A DNA stretch of 64,000 nucleotides, taken from positions 1 through 64,000 of the IMG/VR virus record IMGVR_UViG_3300020048_000015; one strand, written 5' to 3'. The position numbers and the translations under genes are program-made. This stretch comes from a virus. Shown here in pieces: positions 19,607 through 30,241 of this stretch; positions within the stretch are counted from its first letter, which is position 1; every line of letters begins with the position of its first letter. The notes beneath the pieces are model-generated. The model did no database searches. It had not been told where the DNA came from and was given only the letters and a program-made list of their open reading frames with translations.

Positions 19607-19641
19607 AAAAAAGTCAAGTTTTTAAAACTTGACTTTTTTTT
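19605..19641. terminator. Bidirectional terminator-like inverted repeat
   Basis: AAAAAAAAGTCAAGTTTT-T-AAAACTTGACTTTTTTTT between convergent genes. Confidence 0.75.
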
Positions 19642-19933
19642 AAGACTGAATCATTTGATCATCTTTAGGTTCTTCCGCCTTTGTTTCATTAGGCTTCTCA
19701 CCACTAATAATTTTTCGAACACCCAACAATGTTGTTCCAATACCAACCAATATAATTGATTGTGTAATGATGTCAATACTGTTAGTGAAGAACATTTTGT
19801 CAAGACAACCCATTAAGAAACATAATGTTCCAACTAATGATACTATAACACCAACAAATCCGGAACCACTTGTTTTTCCAGAATTGTTAGAAAATAGTTC
19901 AGCCCAAGAAAATTTAGACATGTTTACTTTCAT
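19640..19933 (-). CDS. Two-TM membrane protein (holin-like)
   Basis: Two TM helices, charged C-terminus, late motif upstream. Confidence 0.55.
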   Translation of the reverse strand: MKVNMSKFSWAELFSNNSGKTSGSGFVGVIVSLVGTLCFLMGCLDKMFFTNSIDIITQSIILVGIGTTLLGVRKIISGEKPNETKAEEPKDDQMIQS

Positions 19934-19960
19934 ATAAATATTTTATTTTATATATTAATT

Positions 19961-20524
19961 ATGGATATCAAAAAAATCTGCAAAAATTATAATATTTTTA
20001 ATTATACAATAAATCCAGATGGATCTATTGACGTGTATGGTAATGTTAAATTAACACATAGTTTAGAAAAAATACCATTGAAATTCAATAAAGTTACAGG
20101 TGATTTTTATTGCTCTAATAATAACTTAACATCTTTGGATGGATGTCCTAACTATGTTGGTGGTGATTTTTTTTGTGCCAGAAATAGATTAACATCTTTG
20201 GATGGATGTCCTAACTATGTTGGTGGTGATTTTTTTTGTGATAGTAATAAACTATCAAACTTAGAAGGTTCTCCAAAAGAGGTTGGTGGTAATTTTTGGT
20301 GTCTATATAATCAATTAACCCGCTTAATAGGTTGTCCAAATTATGTAGGTGGTAATTTTTATTGTAATGATAATCAATTAACCAGCTTAATAGGTTGTCC
20401 AAATTATGTTGGTGGTCGTTTTTCTTGTCTTAATAATCCATTACCACAAGAAATATTAGATAATCCTAAAGCTGAAATAATACGTTTGATAAGAAATGAT
20501 AAGATAAATTATATCTTAGATTAA
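19961..20524 (+). CDS. LRR-like protein, type A (5 repeats)
   Basis: Same architecture; ends RNDKINYILD. Confidence 0.9.
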   Translation: MDIKKICKNYNIFNYTINPDGSIDVYGNVKLTHSLEKIPLKFNKVTGDFYCSNNNLTSLDGCPNYVGGDFFCARNRLTSLDGCPNYVGGDFFCDSNKLSNLEGSPKEVGGNFWCLYNQLTRLIGCPNYVGGNFYCNDNQLTSLIGCPNYVGGRFSCLNNPLPQEILDNPKAEIIRLIRNDKINYILD

Positions 20525-20585
20525 GTAACTTTATAATACAAAACTATGTTGTGATCAATATCACTAAATAAACTTAAAAAAAAAT

Positions 20586-21233
20586 ATGAAAATAACAAAT
20601 ATAGAATTAATAAACAAGTTAAATAAACTTGGATTCAATAGTGAATATAATATACATGAAGTTATAAGATTTTTTAGAACAAAAGAGTTGTCATTTTCTG
20701 TTGATTATAGTTATCTTGGTAATTGGGAATTTTATATAGTAAATAATAAAACAGGATATTCATTTTATTCACCAGAAGTTTCCGACCCTGATTTATGCGA
20801 ATATCTAATGATTGAATATTTAACTGAATATTTTGAAAAGATAACCGACCCAAATTATGATTGGACTGAAACTCTTACAGAAGAACAAAAAGAATCTATT
20901 CAACGTGGTCTTGATGACTTAAAAGAAGGTAGAGTTGTATCCCACGAAGAAGTTATGAAACAAGAGAAAGAAGAATATATAATTTGTAGTGCTATTTGGT
21001 ATAAAGAATTAGAACTAAAAAGACCTGAAGTTCTTGAACCAAGAGGATTTAGACCATATAATGTTCATGTTGGGATTGTTTTTGGTGGCTTTCGACATAT
21101 GAATTGTATGTATCAAATGGTTGCTATAACAGGTCTACGTGATTGTGAAGCAGGTGAAAGTATACAAGGATTCTTAACTTCAAAAAACAGATTTGTTGAT
21201 AGGAAAGAAGCAGCAAAAATTGCAAATAATTAA
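20586..21233 (+). CDS. Mosaic protein with an internal addiction-module antitoxin-like segment
   Basis: LTEEQKESIQRGLDDLKEGRVVSHEEVMK between two unrelated domains. Confidence 0.6.
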   Translation: MKITNIELINKLNKLGFNSEYNIHEVIRFFRTKELSFSVDYSYLGNWEFYIVNNKTGYSFYSPEVSDPDLCEYLMIEYLTEYFEKITDPNYDWTETLTEEQKESIQRGLDDLKEGRVVSHEEVMKQEKEEYIICSAIWYKELELKRPEVLEPRGFRPYNVHVGIVFGGFRHMNCMYQMVAITGLRDCEAGESIQGFLTSKNRFVDRKEAAKIANN

Positions 21234-21269
21234 AGATAGAATAAAGACATTTATTAACAAACTATAAGA

Positions 21270-22259
21270 ATGGATAAAAATATAAAATATAAAATAGTTT
21301 CAATGTTTTCCGGTAGTGGTGGTCTTGATTTAGGATTTTTGGAAACAAATAGAGTAGATGTTTTATTAGCAAATGATTTCAACAAATATGCTTGTGAATC
21401 ATACAAAAATAATATTGGTAATCATATAATTTGTGGTGATATTAAAGAATTAACACAGTTACCAAAAGCAGATATTTTGATTGGTGGTCCACCTTGTCAA
21501 GCGTTTTCAACTGCCAATCCAAATAGATCATTTGATGACCAACGTAATTGGCTATTCAAGGAATATTCAAGAGTTTTAACAGAAGTAAATCCTGATATTT
21601 TTGTGATGGAAAATGTTTCAGGAATGATAACACTAGAAAAAGGAGCAGTCCTTAAAATTATATTAAAAGAATTTTCTGATAAAGGTTATAATGTTCAATA
21701 TAAAATTTTAAATGCTAAAAATTATGGTTCACCACAAAGTAGGAAAAGAACAATAATTGTAGGAGCTAAGATTTCAATAGATTCCAAATTTATCTATCCT
21801 GAATCAATTATTAACCCACCAGTATTTGGTAAATATGTTACTGTTGGTGATGTTTTACTTAATAACCCACTTAATTCACAAAGTAATAATCACAATTTTT
21901 CTAAATTATCTGAACTAAACTTTAAAAGAATAAAGTATATACCACAAGGTGGCTCTATGAAAGATTGCCCAGTAGAATTACAAAATAATTCTGACTTGAA
22001 AAGAGCAATGAAAAGGCTAAATTTAAATGATGTAAGTCCAACAATTGTCCATAATAATATGGATCACTACTATCACCCAACTGAAAGCAGACGTATTACA
22101 ATTAGGGAAATGGCTCGAATTCAAGGTTATCCAGATGATTATATCTTTTATGGACCAAAAAGTGAACAATCAAGACAGGTAGCAAATAGTGTTCCTATTC
22201 CATTAGGATTCAATATAGCAAAAAGCGTAATAAGTTATTTAGATGAATCAACAAATTAA
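21270..22259 (+). CDS. DNA (cytosine-5)-methyltransferase
   Basis: MFSGSGG, GGPPCQ, ENV, QSRKR, YRQVANSVP-like motif X. Confidence 0.92.
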   Translation: MDKNIKYKIVSMFSGSGGLDLGFLETNRVDVLLANDFNKYACESYKNNIGNHIICGDIKELTQLPKADILIGGPPCQAFSTANPNRSFDDQRNWLFKEYSRVLTEVNPDIFVMENVSGMITLEKGAVLKIILKEFSDKGYNVQYKILNAKNYGSPQSRKRTIIVGAKISIDSKFIYPESIINPPVFGKYVTVGDVLLNNPLNSQSNNHNFSKLSELNFKRIKYIPQGGSMKDCPVELQNNSDLKRAMKRLNLNDVSPTIVHNNMDHYYHPTESRRITIREMARIQGYPDDYIFYGPKSEQSRQVANSVPIPLGFNIAKSVISYLDESTN

Positions 22260-22403
22260 TAAAATATTTTTTAAACAATATAACATTGATTAATAGTTCA
22301 GGTAAAAAACTCGAATTAAAATCAGAGTAACTTTATAAAAAACTATTGGAATATTTTTTTATTCCAAAAGTTTTTTTTATATTTGTAAAAATTATAAGAC
22401 AAT

Positions 22404-23132
22404 ATGGATACACCATTTTATTTATTTGGATCAGAAGATTCAACAGATTATGATATATTAGTATCAATTGATGATATACCACAAAACATAGATGCTGCAC
22501 ATAACATATGTAAGCATTATAACAAAACTTTATCAGAAATATTCACTGATAAGGTTTTAAATTGTAACTTAGCCACATTTAAAGATGGTGAGATAACAAA
22601 TGTATTCAAAGGAACATGCGATGAATTAAACAATGTTCTATTCTATACATATAAAAACCATAAGCAATATTATCCCAACCCAATCTTAAAACCTATTGAA
22701 AGGGATTTAAATGAAAAAGTTTTAAGGGCAGCAAGATTTATACTAACAATCTTTTCAAGAACTGAACTTAGACCTGAAATAAAACCAGCATTAAGAGGAA
22801 ATTTAATTGATAAATTAGCTGTTCTTAAAAAGATTGATTTTGTTAAAATGACTGATTTTCCAAACAAAAAAGAAAACAAAGTTGATCTATACAAATCATT
22901 GGCTTTTCAGTTTGGACAAGTGTTTTCATTGATTGATGGCTTTGAAATGGATTCTTATGCTAAATCCGGAATAATTAAAAACTATCCTGATTTGAAAAAC
23001 CATCTTAAAAGACACTTTCTATCTGATACAGATTTAAACACCCTAAACAAATACTTATCAAGATTTATTGAGTATATAGAAACAAACTTATCAAGCCTAA
23101 GATTAAACGAACAAACAGATAAAAATGAATAA
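22404..23132 (+). CDS. Nucleotidyltransferase-like protein
   Basis: FGS..STDYDILV (GS-DxD signature); TATATTTG at 22378-22385 upstream. Confidence 0.6.
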   Translation: MDTPFYLFGSEDSTDYDILVSIDDIPQNIDAAHNICKHYNKTLSEIFTDKVLNCNLATFKDGEITNVFKGTCDELNNVLFYTYKNHKQYYPNPILKPIERDLNEKVLRAARFILTIFSRTELRPEIKPALRGNLIDKLAVLKKIDFVKMTDFPNKKENKVDLYKSLAFQFGQVFSLIDGFEMDSYAKSGIIKNYPDLKNHLKRHFLSDTDLNTLNKYLSRFIEYIETNLSSLRLNEQTDKNE

Positions 23133-23856
23133 ACAAGAATTAATAGATGTCTATCAAGACACACTTAATAAGATTAAAAAAATACCAATTCCATACAGTA
23201 AAAAGTATAAGTTAGATACTAACTTAGAAATTATGAGTGGTGGAAAAAAAGCGAATGTATTAGTTGAACCAATTGATACAGTTTCTGCTATCATCAAATA
23301 TTCAAAAAGTGGTAAGGTTGCTGTTTTAAATATGGCATCTTCTAAAAGAAAAGGTGGTGGTGTAATTAATGGAAGTAGAGCGCAAGAAGAATCATTATTC
23401 AGATGTTCTAACTTAGTCCATATACCTGATAATTATTATCCATTAAATTACAATGATTATATTTTAACAGAAGATAGTCATTTCATAAAGGATTTTAATT
23501 ATAATGATATGACACCAATTAAATGTGATGTAATATCAGTTGCTGCAATAAACTTAAACAATAATCACATTGATATAAAAGAAAAATATAATATTGATTA
23601 TGATGACTTGATGACAACAAAAATATATAATATGTTAATTGCTTGTAAAAACTGCAATACTATTATATTAGGTGCTTGGGGATGTGGTGTTTTTAATAAT
23701 GATCCAAAAGTTGTTTCTAAACTGTTTAAACAAACAATTGAAAAGTATAACTTGGATAGTTTATATGATAACATAATATTTGCTGTTATAAACGACCACA
23801 ATTCAGTGGACAACAATTTTAAAATATTCAAAGATGAATTTACTAGAAGCATATAG
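23125..23856 (+). CDS. Microbial-type PARG (TIGR02452/DUF2263 macrodomain)
   Basis: VLNMAS..RKGGG...GSRAQEESLFRCS; ILGAWGCGVFNND. Confidence 0.9.
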   Translation: MNKQELIDVYQDTLNKIKKIPIPYSKKYKLDTNLEIMSGGKKANVLVEPIDTVSAIIKYSKSGKVAVLNMASSKRKGGGVINGSRAQEESLFRCSNLVHIPDNYYPLNYNDYILTEDSHFIKDFNYNDMTPIKCDVISVAAINLNNNHIDIKEKYNIDYDDLMTTKIYNMLIACKNCNTIILGAWGCGVFNNDPKVVSKLFKQTIEKYNLDSLYDNIIFAVINDHNSVDNNFKIFKDEFTRSI

Positions 23857-24331
23857 AAAACATATTAAAACAAAAGATTGTCCAAATAATACAGATGTAT
23901 CATTTTCTAAACATTATGAGAAATTTGATTACATCAAATCAAATATCACTGTTGGTAATCTTTTTCTATATGAAAAAGTAGCTTATAGAAATGACGCTTA
24001 TACTATATCATATCCAAGATTAGCTATTCACATAAATCATTTAATTTGTGACCAAGCATTGGAAATTGAATATTATAATATTAGAAGATTAAATGAAAAT
24101 AATATTTATGAAACAAGACAAATAGATAATGTTGATTATAAATATCCAATTGCTGATTTACAATCTATGATTGATTCAACCATATTATGGTATGATAATT
24201 TATTAATATATGGTGTTTGGGATCATAAACCTAATTATAAAGAATTGAAAATTGCTTATGAAAAAACCTGGTGGTATCACAGAAGCATTGAAGAACTAAG
24301 AGATTTAACAATCAATAGACTTTTAAAATGA
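23834..24331 (+). CDS. Hypothetical protein with C-terminal tag
   Basis: Ends SIEELRDLTINRLLK. Confidence 0.7.
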   Translation: MNLLEAYRKHIKTKDCPNNTDVSFSKHYEKFDYIKSNITVGNLFLYEKVAYRNDAYTISYPRLAIHINHLICDQALEIEYYNIRRLNENNIYETRQIDNVDYKYPIADLQSMIDSTILWYDNLLIYGVWDHKPNYKELKIAYEKTWWYHRSIEELRDLTINRLLK

Positions 24332-25425
24332 CATTTATGGATTATAATAAAATATTTAAAAATGCTTTTAATGCCCAGATAAATGGGGATTATAAAAAAT
24401 CAGAATTACTTTATAACAAATTATTGAAAAATGATCCACATAAAAACATAAAAGCCAACATATATTATAATTTAGGCTTACTTATGATGAATATGGGAAA
24501 TTATAAAAAAGCTGTAAGTTATTTTGATGATTCAAATAGATTGATACAAAATAAACAAAATGATTGGAATAAATCATTATCACTCCTAAACTTAGGAAAG
24601 TGGTATGAAGGTATGTCTTTATATAATAACAGATATGCTAATGATAATTCTGTTAATATTACTTCTGTTAGATTCCCAAAATTACCAATTGAATTTATTG
24701 AAGATGCTAATAAAGCTTTAGATAAAAACTTGCTCGTGTTGAATGAACAGGGATTTGGTGATCAATTATTATTTTCAATTGTGCTTGAAAAACTATCAAA
24801 GATAGTTAAAAGTGCTACTATTCAGGTGTCAGAAGATACATTTGACTTATTTAGTAATATCTACAATTTTGATAATATTAAATTTGTAATATTTGAATCA
24901 ATATCATTAGAAGATGTAAATAAACACGATATGTATATTGGATTAGGAACAGTATTTTCTTCTTTATATGAACTTAATACTTCATCATTCAATGAAAATT
25001 TTTATAAAACACCAAATAGCAAAAAAATAGGTGTTTGTTGGGCAGCCAATAAAAAATCACCAAGTGCATCAAAGAGATCAATTGATCCAAAAATATTAAA
25101 GCAAATTGATTATGAATTAGTATCACTCCAATATGGATGTGGCGAAGAAATTGGCGTTGAAAATTACACACCAAAAAACCTATACGAATCCTGGAAAAGA
25201 ATGGATGGTTTAGATGCAGTAATAACGGTTGATAGTGTTATGGCACATATATCCGGTTTAAAAGGAATTCCAACATTATTAGTGATTAATAATAATTTTA
25301 TGGACTGGAGATGGAAATATAGAGATGTAAATGAAACTAATTATAGTATGTTTTATCCTATGGTAGAAATTGTGGATTCAAAAGAAAATTTAAATGATAT
25401 TTTAAATGAACTTTTGGAAAACTAA
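24328..25425 (+). CDS. TPR-repeat glycosyltransferase (GT9-like)
   Basis: TPR N-terminus; EQGFGDQL, IGVCWA, VSLQYG, DAVITVDSVMAHISG. Confidence 0.85.
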   Translation: MTFMDYNKIFKNAFNAQINGDYKKSELLYNKLLKNDPHKNIKANIYYNLGLLMMNMGNYKKAVSYFDDSNRLIQNKQNDWNKSLSLLNLGKWYEGMSLYNNRYANDNSVNITSVRFPKLPIEFIEDANKALDKNLLVLNEQGFGDQLLFSIVLEKLSKIVKSATIQVSEDTFDLFSNIYNFDNIKFVIFESISLEDVNKHDMYIGLGTVFSSLYELNTSSFNENFYKTPNSKKIGVCWAANKKSPSASKRSIDPKILKQIDYELVSLQYGCGEEIGVENYTPKNLYESWKRMDGLDAVITVDSVMAHISGLKGIPTLLVINNNFMDWRWKYRDVNETNYSMFYPMVEIVDSKENLNDILNELLEN

Positions 25426-25481
25426 TTTATATTAAAATTAGTTTATATCATGATCTTGCACCTTTTAAATCAAACAAATTT

Positions 25482-25862
25482 ATGGCATACATTTTAATCG
25501 CAATTTACATAATTGGAATATTCATTTCTTCATTGGTTAGAACATATTTAATTTCATATGCTAGACAAGCAAATTTTAGTGACATTTATACTAAATGGGG
25601 TAGATATCTTATGGATTTTGATTATTCATCAAATTTAATTTGGCCGTTAAATTTTTCTTGGTTTATCATATATAATATATTAAATATACCAAATATTATT
25701 CTTTCAAAGATGTTCAAAAATATTAAAAAAAGTGCCGCTGAAAAAGCAGAATTGTTAAATAAAGTTGTTGTTATGAAGTATCAATATGAATGTAGAGGCG
25801 AAGTTATATCAACAAACCAAGCAATAAGATTAATTAAATTAGAAGAAATTCAAAATAAATAA
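25482..25862 (+). CDS. Membrane protein with C-terminal tag-like end
   Basis: N-terminal TM; ends RLIKLEEIQ. Confidence 0.65.
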   Translation: MAYILIAIYIIGIFISSLVRTYLISYARQANFSDIYTKWGRYLMDFDYSSNLIWPLNFSWFIIYNILNIPNIILSKMFKNIKKSAAEKAELLNKVVVMKYQYECRGEVISTNQAIRLIKLEEIQNK

Positions 25863-25867
25863 TAAAT

Positions 25868-26173
25868 ATGAGATCATACAAAGAATTAAAAAGTTTATCA
25901 GACTCACAACAAGCATTTATAGATCATGTTACTAACAACTATTCTGATTTAATATCAGAAATAGGAACAGATTTTGGCGATATAATTGTTATGTTAAATT
26001 GTAAATTGATAAATCATTCAATATATTCTAAATTAGAACCACTTATAGATAAACACAAACTAAGTTTTGGTCTATCATATTATAGTGGTGATAATAGATT
26101 AATGCTTAGACATTTTAAAATTGGACCTATTAATTTTTCATTTAGTGAATTATGGGGTGATAATGAATATTAA
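25868..26173 (+). CDS. Hypothetical protein
   Basis: ORF. Confidence 0.6.
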   Translation: MRSYKELKSLSDSQQAFIDHVTNNYSDLISEIGTDFGDIIVMLNCKLINHSIYSKLEPLIDKHKLSFGLSYYSGDNRLMLRHFKIGPINFSFSELWGDNEY

Positions 26174-26534
26174 TATGAAAACTAACACACACATAACGGA
26201 GATTGAAGACAACACAGTAAAGTTTACCATGCAGATGGCTTTGGAATCAGGGTGTAGATATAGTCATTGGCTCACATCCGAAATCCGCAGATCCCCAAGC
26301 GGAGAAATTTTAGAAATAACTAATATTAAGGGAGTAAATCTAAAAGTTGGAGAAGATTATATTATAGACAAAGGCTTTTCAACTTCTGGAACTGTTGTAT
26401 TAGTTAGGATATTAGGCAGGGTTTTTGGAATTGTTGGTAATGGAAGAGGTTATACTTGGGAAACATCGTTGTATAGACTAACACCAACAGTGGAAAATAA
26501 CAGAGAAAATCTAATAAGTAAATTATTGGACTAA
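26163..26534 (+). CDS. Hypothetical protein with C-terminal tag
   Basis: ORF 26121..26534; ends RENLISKLLD. Confidence 0.65.
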   Translation: MNINMKTNTHITEIEDNTVKFTMQMALESGCRYSHWLTSEIRRSPSGEILEITNIKGVNLKVGEDYIIDKGFSTSGTVVLVRILGRVFGIVGNGRGYTWETSLYRLTPTVENNRENLISKLLD

Positions 26535-26537
26535 AGT

Positions 26538-26568
26538 TTTGTTTTTATAAATATTATACTTATCTTTG
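26538..26568 (+). promoter_or_regulatory. Bacteroidota sigma-A-type promoter
   Basis: TTTG (26538-41), 19 nt, TATCTTTG (26561-68). Confidence 0.75.
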
Positions 26569-26591
26569 TATTCAACCTTAAAACAAATACT

Positions 26592-27173
26592 ATGAAACTA
26601 TACAGACTTTCCGTAGAACAATTCATCAATAATGAATTTTATGAAAGATATAAAGAAAGATTCAATTCATTTGAAGAAGGTGAATTGTTTGTAAAAGAAT
26701 ATCTAAAAGAAAATAGTAACATAAATACAAAAAAGAAAAAGATAACAAATGAATCATTTGATGTAACATTTGATTTCAATGATGCAAGAGGATTTGTTTC
26801 AAAACATAGACTTAGATTGTATCCATTTGAACTAAAAACAGAAACCAAAACAGATACATTAGAACCAAAACTGAAGGAAGTAAAATCTAAGAAAGAAGTC
26901 AAGGAAGTTAAGCCTAAAAAAGAAATTCTTCCTAAGAAGGAACTTAAGGAAGCTAATATGTTATACACATATAAAAGACTTGGTATTACATTTAATTCTG
27001 ATGATGTTGATTTATCTAAAATAAAACCAATGGATTTGTTTGCAATTGCAAAAAATCTATTTAATAGTGATGGACTTAAAATGGAAAATCGCTTAATTTC
27101 AGAAGAACTAAATAAAATAAACAAAACAACAATTATTATTAAAAAACAAAAAGATAAAATTATAGCAATTTAA
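26592..27173 (+). CDS. Hypothetical protein with a KE-rich linker
   Basis: ORF behind a host-type promoter. Confidence 0.7.
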   Translation: MKLYRLSVEQFINNEFYERYKERFNSFEEGELFVKEYLKENSNINTKKKKITNESFDVTFDFNDARGFVSKHRLRLYPFELKTETKTDTLEPKLKEVKSKKEVKEVKPKKEILPKKELKEANMLYTYKRLGITFNSDDVDLSKIKPMDLFAIAKNLFNSDGLKMENRLISEELNKINKTTIIIKKQKDKIIAI

Positions 27174-27180
27174 CATAAAT

Positions 27181-28116
27181 ATGGAAAATCTTTCTGATGA
27201 AGAATATTCAAATATTGAAGAATTAATATATTCTGGAAATGTTGATAATACATTGATAGCCTTATATATGGCTAAAAATTTTCTTAATAAAAAAGATTTT
27301 GCTTATTTTATTTATGATCATTCTTATAGCATTAGAAAATATTTAGGATTTTCTGTTTATGGTGGAAAAACTAATCAGCAGAAAATAGTTGAAGAAAATC
27401 CTGATATACCTGAATTAAATTTATTTTGTTCTTATGCAGAAGTGAATGATGAAAATATAAGATTGATGTTGTATCATTCAAGTTTACATAAATACAAATA
27501 TAATTTTAAAAATAAGAAAATTTGGGGGAATTATCATCATGTTAATATAGCATATTCAGATAGTTTTATGAATCATTTTTCAAAAAATTATCATAAGTTT
27601 AATAGAAGTGATATACTTTCAATGACAAATTTTTGTCATTTATATCAAATTATTGACATATATGAATCTTGTAAATTGGCTGACATATTACATGAATCTG
27701 ATTACTATTGGTTATTTGATAAATGTAAATTGTTTTCCGGAAGAGATAGAGATAAACCAAATGATATATTCTTCAATAATATAATCAATACAATGATTAC
27801 TAAAAATTATTCAGAATCTACAAATTGGTTGAAATTTCATACATTTTTTACTGAAAGTAAATACATTGGAGAAGATGAATTATTTGAATATCTTAAATAT
27901 TCATCTATTAAAAGAAAGACTTTAAATAAAGTAAAAAACTATTTCTTTAATAGAGAGATTTCATTATCTGAAGTATATAATCGTAGTAGTGCAAAAAAAT
28001 CCAGAAGAACAATTTGGATGGAAATAATAAAAGATAATCCAAATAGAATTCCAAAGTTTGGTAAATCTAAACGTTTAGGTTTGATTGGAAATTCTTTTAT
28101 TTTTCAGGATTGTTAA
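27181..28116 (+). CDS. Hypothetical protein
   Basis: 311-aa ORF; N-terminal helix shared with 31098..31550. Confidence 0.7.
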   Translation: MENLSDEEYSNIEELIYSGNVDNTLIALYMAKNFLNKKDFAYFIYDHSYSIRKYLGFSVYGGKTNQQKIVEENPDIPELNLFCSYAEVNDENIRLMLYHSSLHKYKYNFKNKKIWGNYHHVNIAYSDSFMNHFSKNYHKFNRSDILSMTNFCHLYQIIDIYESCKLADILHESDYYWLFDKCKLFSGRDRDKPNDIFFNNIINTMITKNYSESTNWLKFHTFFTESKYIGEDELFEYLKYSSIKRKTLNKVKNYFFNREISLSEVYNRSSAKKSRRTIWMEIIKDNPNRIPKFGKSKRLGLIGNSFIFQDC

Positions 28117-28318
28117 TCTTCTTTTTCTTTTTAGGTGGTGTTATTTTAAAATTAACAACTTTCTTTTTATTTATCATAGGCAATCCATCTTCATCATTAT
28201 CAATTTCTTTTATAATGGTTTTTTTATTTTTAAATCTACCCATATAAATAACATCACCAACTTCAACTGGTATAGTTATTTTTTCAACTAATTCCTCAAA
28301 CGATAATATATATTTCAT
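28097..28318 (-). CDS. Small N-tagged protein
   Basis: MKYILSFEELVE; TTAATATATA upstream. Confidence 0.7.
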   Translation of the reverse strand: MKYILSFEELVEKITIPVEVGDVIYMGRFKNKKTIIKEIDNDEDGLPMINKKKVVNFKITPPKKKKKINNPEK

Positions 28319-28347
28319 ACTGTATATATTAATATAATTAAATAGAA

Positions 28348-28500
28348 ATGTATAGAGAAATTTGTGATAATTGTGGAAAGAAAAATTCTTTGTGTAAATG
28401 CTATCAAAGTGAAATTTATAAAATAATTAGATATATAGCTATATTTTTATTTATATTTATGGTTTGTTTATTTATTTTTATATCAATAAAGGCATTATAG
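28348..28500 (+). CDS. 50-aa Cys-rich protein with C-terminal TM (not in ORF track)
   Basis: MYREICDNCGKKNSLCKC...IAIFLFIFMVCLFIFISI. Confidence 0.45.
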   Translation: MYREICDNCGKKNSLCKCYQSEIYKIIRYIAIFLFIFMVCLFIFISIKAL

Positions 28501-28517
28501 AAAAAAAAAAAAATTAT

Positions 28518-28805
28518 ATGAAAAAAATATTTGAAAAAATAAGACAATATAAGCACCAACTTATATCATTTTTAATGGTTCGTGCTTTTCTACTTAGCAG
28601 TAAGAAAAGACAACAATACCTAATAATGAAAAATGCATCAATGTATGTTGGTCTACAAAACTTGGCTAAGAAATATGATAATATTGGAGATACAAGATCA
28701 TCAATGTTTATTAGTTCTGAATCATATGAATACTTAGGTAATTTTTGTCTATACTGTAAAGCAAAAGGTTTAGATTATAAAAAGACATTGGAAATGTATA
28801 TGTAA
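28518..28805 (+). CDS. Hypothetical protein
   Basis: ORF 28464..28805; likely start MKKIFE. Confidence 0.6.
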   Translation: MKKIFEKIRQYKHQLISFLMVRAFLLSSKKRQQYLIMKNASMYVGLQNLAKKYDNIGDTRSSMFISSESYEYLGNFCLYCKAKGLDYKKTLEMYM

Positions 28806-28951
28806 AAATAATAATGAAATTTAACTAAACAAAGATATAGTTTTCTAATATATATTCTAGCTGTTCAATAACTTATGTCGAATATCAATATGATGTTTTT
28901 GAGATTTATAAAGAATCTAAGATATAGGTATAAAATTAAAAAAGAATACAA

Positions 28952-29725
28952 ATGAAAACATTTAATCAAAATCCCAGTGCTTGGGTCGTGTCATCTATTG
29001 ACAAAGGAAGAAAATCTATTAAAAGTGGAAAAGTTTATTTAAAAGACAAAGAAGAATTTGAAATAGAATTATTCAATCCACTACAAGTATCTGTGCTAGC
29101 AGATATCAAATTAAACGGTTCATCCATATCTGAAAATGGATTGGTTATTAAACCAGGACAAAGAGTTTATTTAGATTGTTTTATCGAAGATAGAAAGAAA
29201 TTCATATTTAATACATATGAAGTTGAGAATTCAAATGAAGTAATTAATGCAATTGCACAAAACGGATTCTTAGAAGTAAATTTCTATAAAGAAGAAAGAA
29301 TTGTATTGAGAAAGAACTTTTCAAGAAGTAAAAATACTTTCTTTCCTAATCAATCAGGATTGGGGAATATGTATTCTTCCACTTCTTATAGTATTGATTC
29401 TTCTTACAGTAACTTAAAAGGATCTCTAACAACTACTAATTTATCAAATACAATTGAAACAGGAACAGTTGAAAAGGGTGGTAACTCAAACCAACAATTT
29501 ACATATGTTAATATGAATTTTGAAAAATATGTTGTTTCAACAACAATATTACAACTATTACCAGAAAGTAGAAAACCAATTGAAGCAAAAGATTTGAAGA
29601 AGTTCAAAGAAGAATCAATAAGTATAATTGATATGATTGCAAAATTAGGTGACTTATATTCAAATGGTTTATTAACAGATGAAGAATTTTCTAAAAAAAA
29701 GTCAGAACTATTATCTAAAATTTAA
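28952..29725 (+). CDS. Hypothetical protein with C-terminal SHOCT-like domain
   Basis: IAKLGDLYSNGLLTDEEFSKKKSELL. Confidence 0.75.
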   Translation: MKTFNQNPSAWVVSSIDKGRKSIKSGKVYLKDKEEFEIELFNPLQVSVLADIKLNGSSISENGLVIKPGQRVYLDCFIEDRKKFIFNTYEVENSNEVINAIAQNGFLEVNFYKEERIVLRKNFSRSKNTFFPNQSGLGNMYSSTSYSIDSSYSNLKGSLTTTNLSNTIETGTVEKGGNSNQQFTYVNMNFEKYVVSTTILQLLPESRKPIEAKDLKKFKEESISIIDMIAKLGDLYSNGLLTDEEFSKKKSELLSKI

Positions 29726-29818
29726 AATATTTTAAAAAAGAACAGCTAAAAAAAAGAAGGATTATATTATGTAATCTTTCTTTTTTTATGTATATTTACA
29801 TAGAAAAAAATTCTTACT

Positions 29819-30241
29819 ATGATAAACAAAAATCAATTGGATAATATCATTAAATTTTCTTTTTTAATGATATTGAATGAAAAATTACCATTACCAAGTT
29901 ATATTATTGAAAAATGGGATTCATTTATTTCAGTCAATACAGACAAGTGTTTTTATGATGTCAAAAAACTAAAGAGTTGTTTTTATTTCTTCTTAGAAGT
30001 TGAGTTAAATGATAAAGCCAAATCAATTTTATCATTAATATATGATATCACTACATTATATAAAAATGTCCCTGATGATATTATTCTGGATGATATAATT
30101 GAAGTTTATAAAAAATACATTGATATAAATGAAGTTGCTGATTATGAAAATAGACATATACACACAGTAATAAATAATTATATTGATAAATTTATAAAAA
30201 GAAATATTAGGGAATATAATTTATTACTTTTGGATATTTAA
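29819..30241 (+). CDS. Hypothetical protein with tag-like C-terminus
   Basis: Ends IREYNLLLLDI. Confidence 0.65.
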   Translation: MINKNQLDNIIKFSFLMILNEKLPLPSYIIEKWDSFISVNTDKCFYDVKKLKSCFYFFLEVELNDKAKSILSLIYDITTLYKNVPDDIILDDIIEVYKKYIDINEVADYENRHIHTVINNYIDKFIKRNIREYNLLLLDI

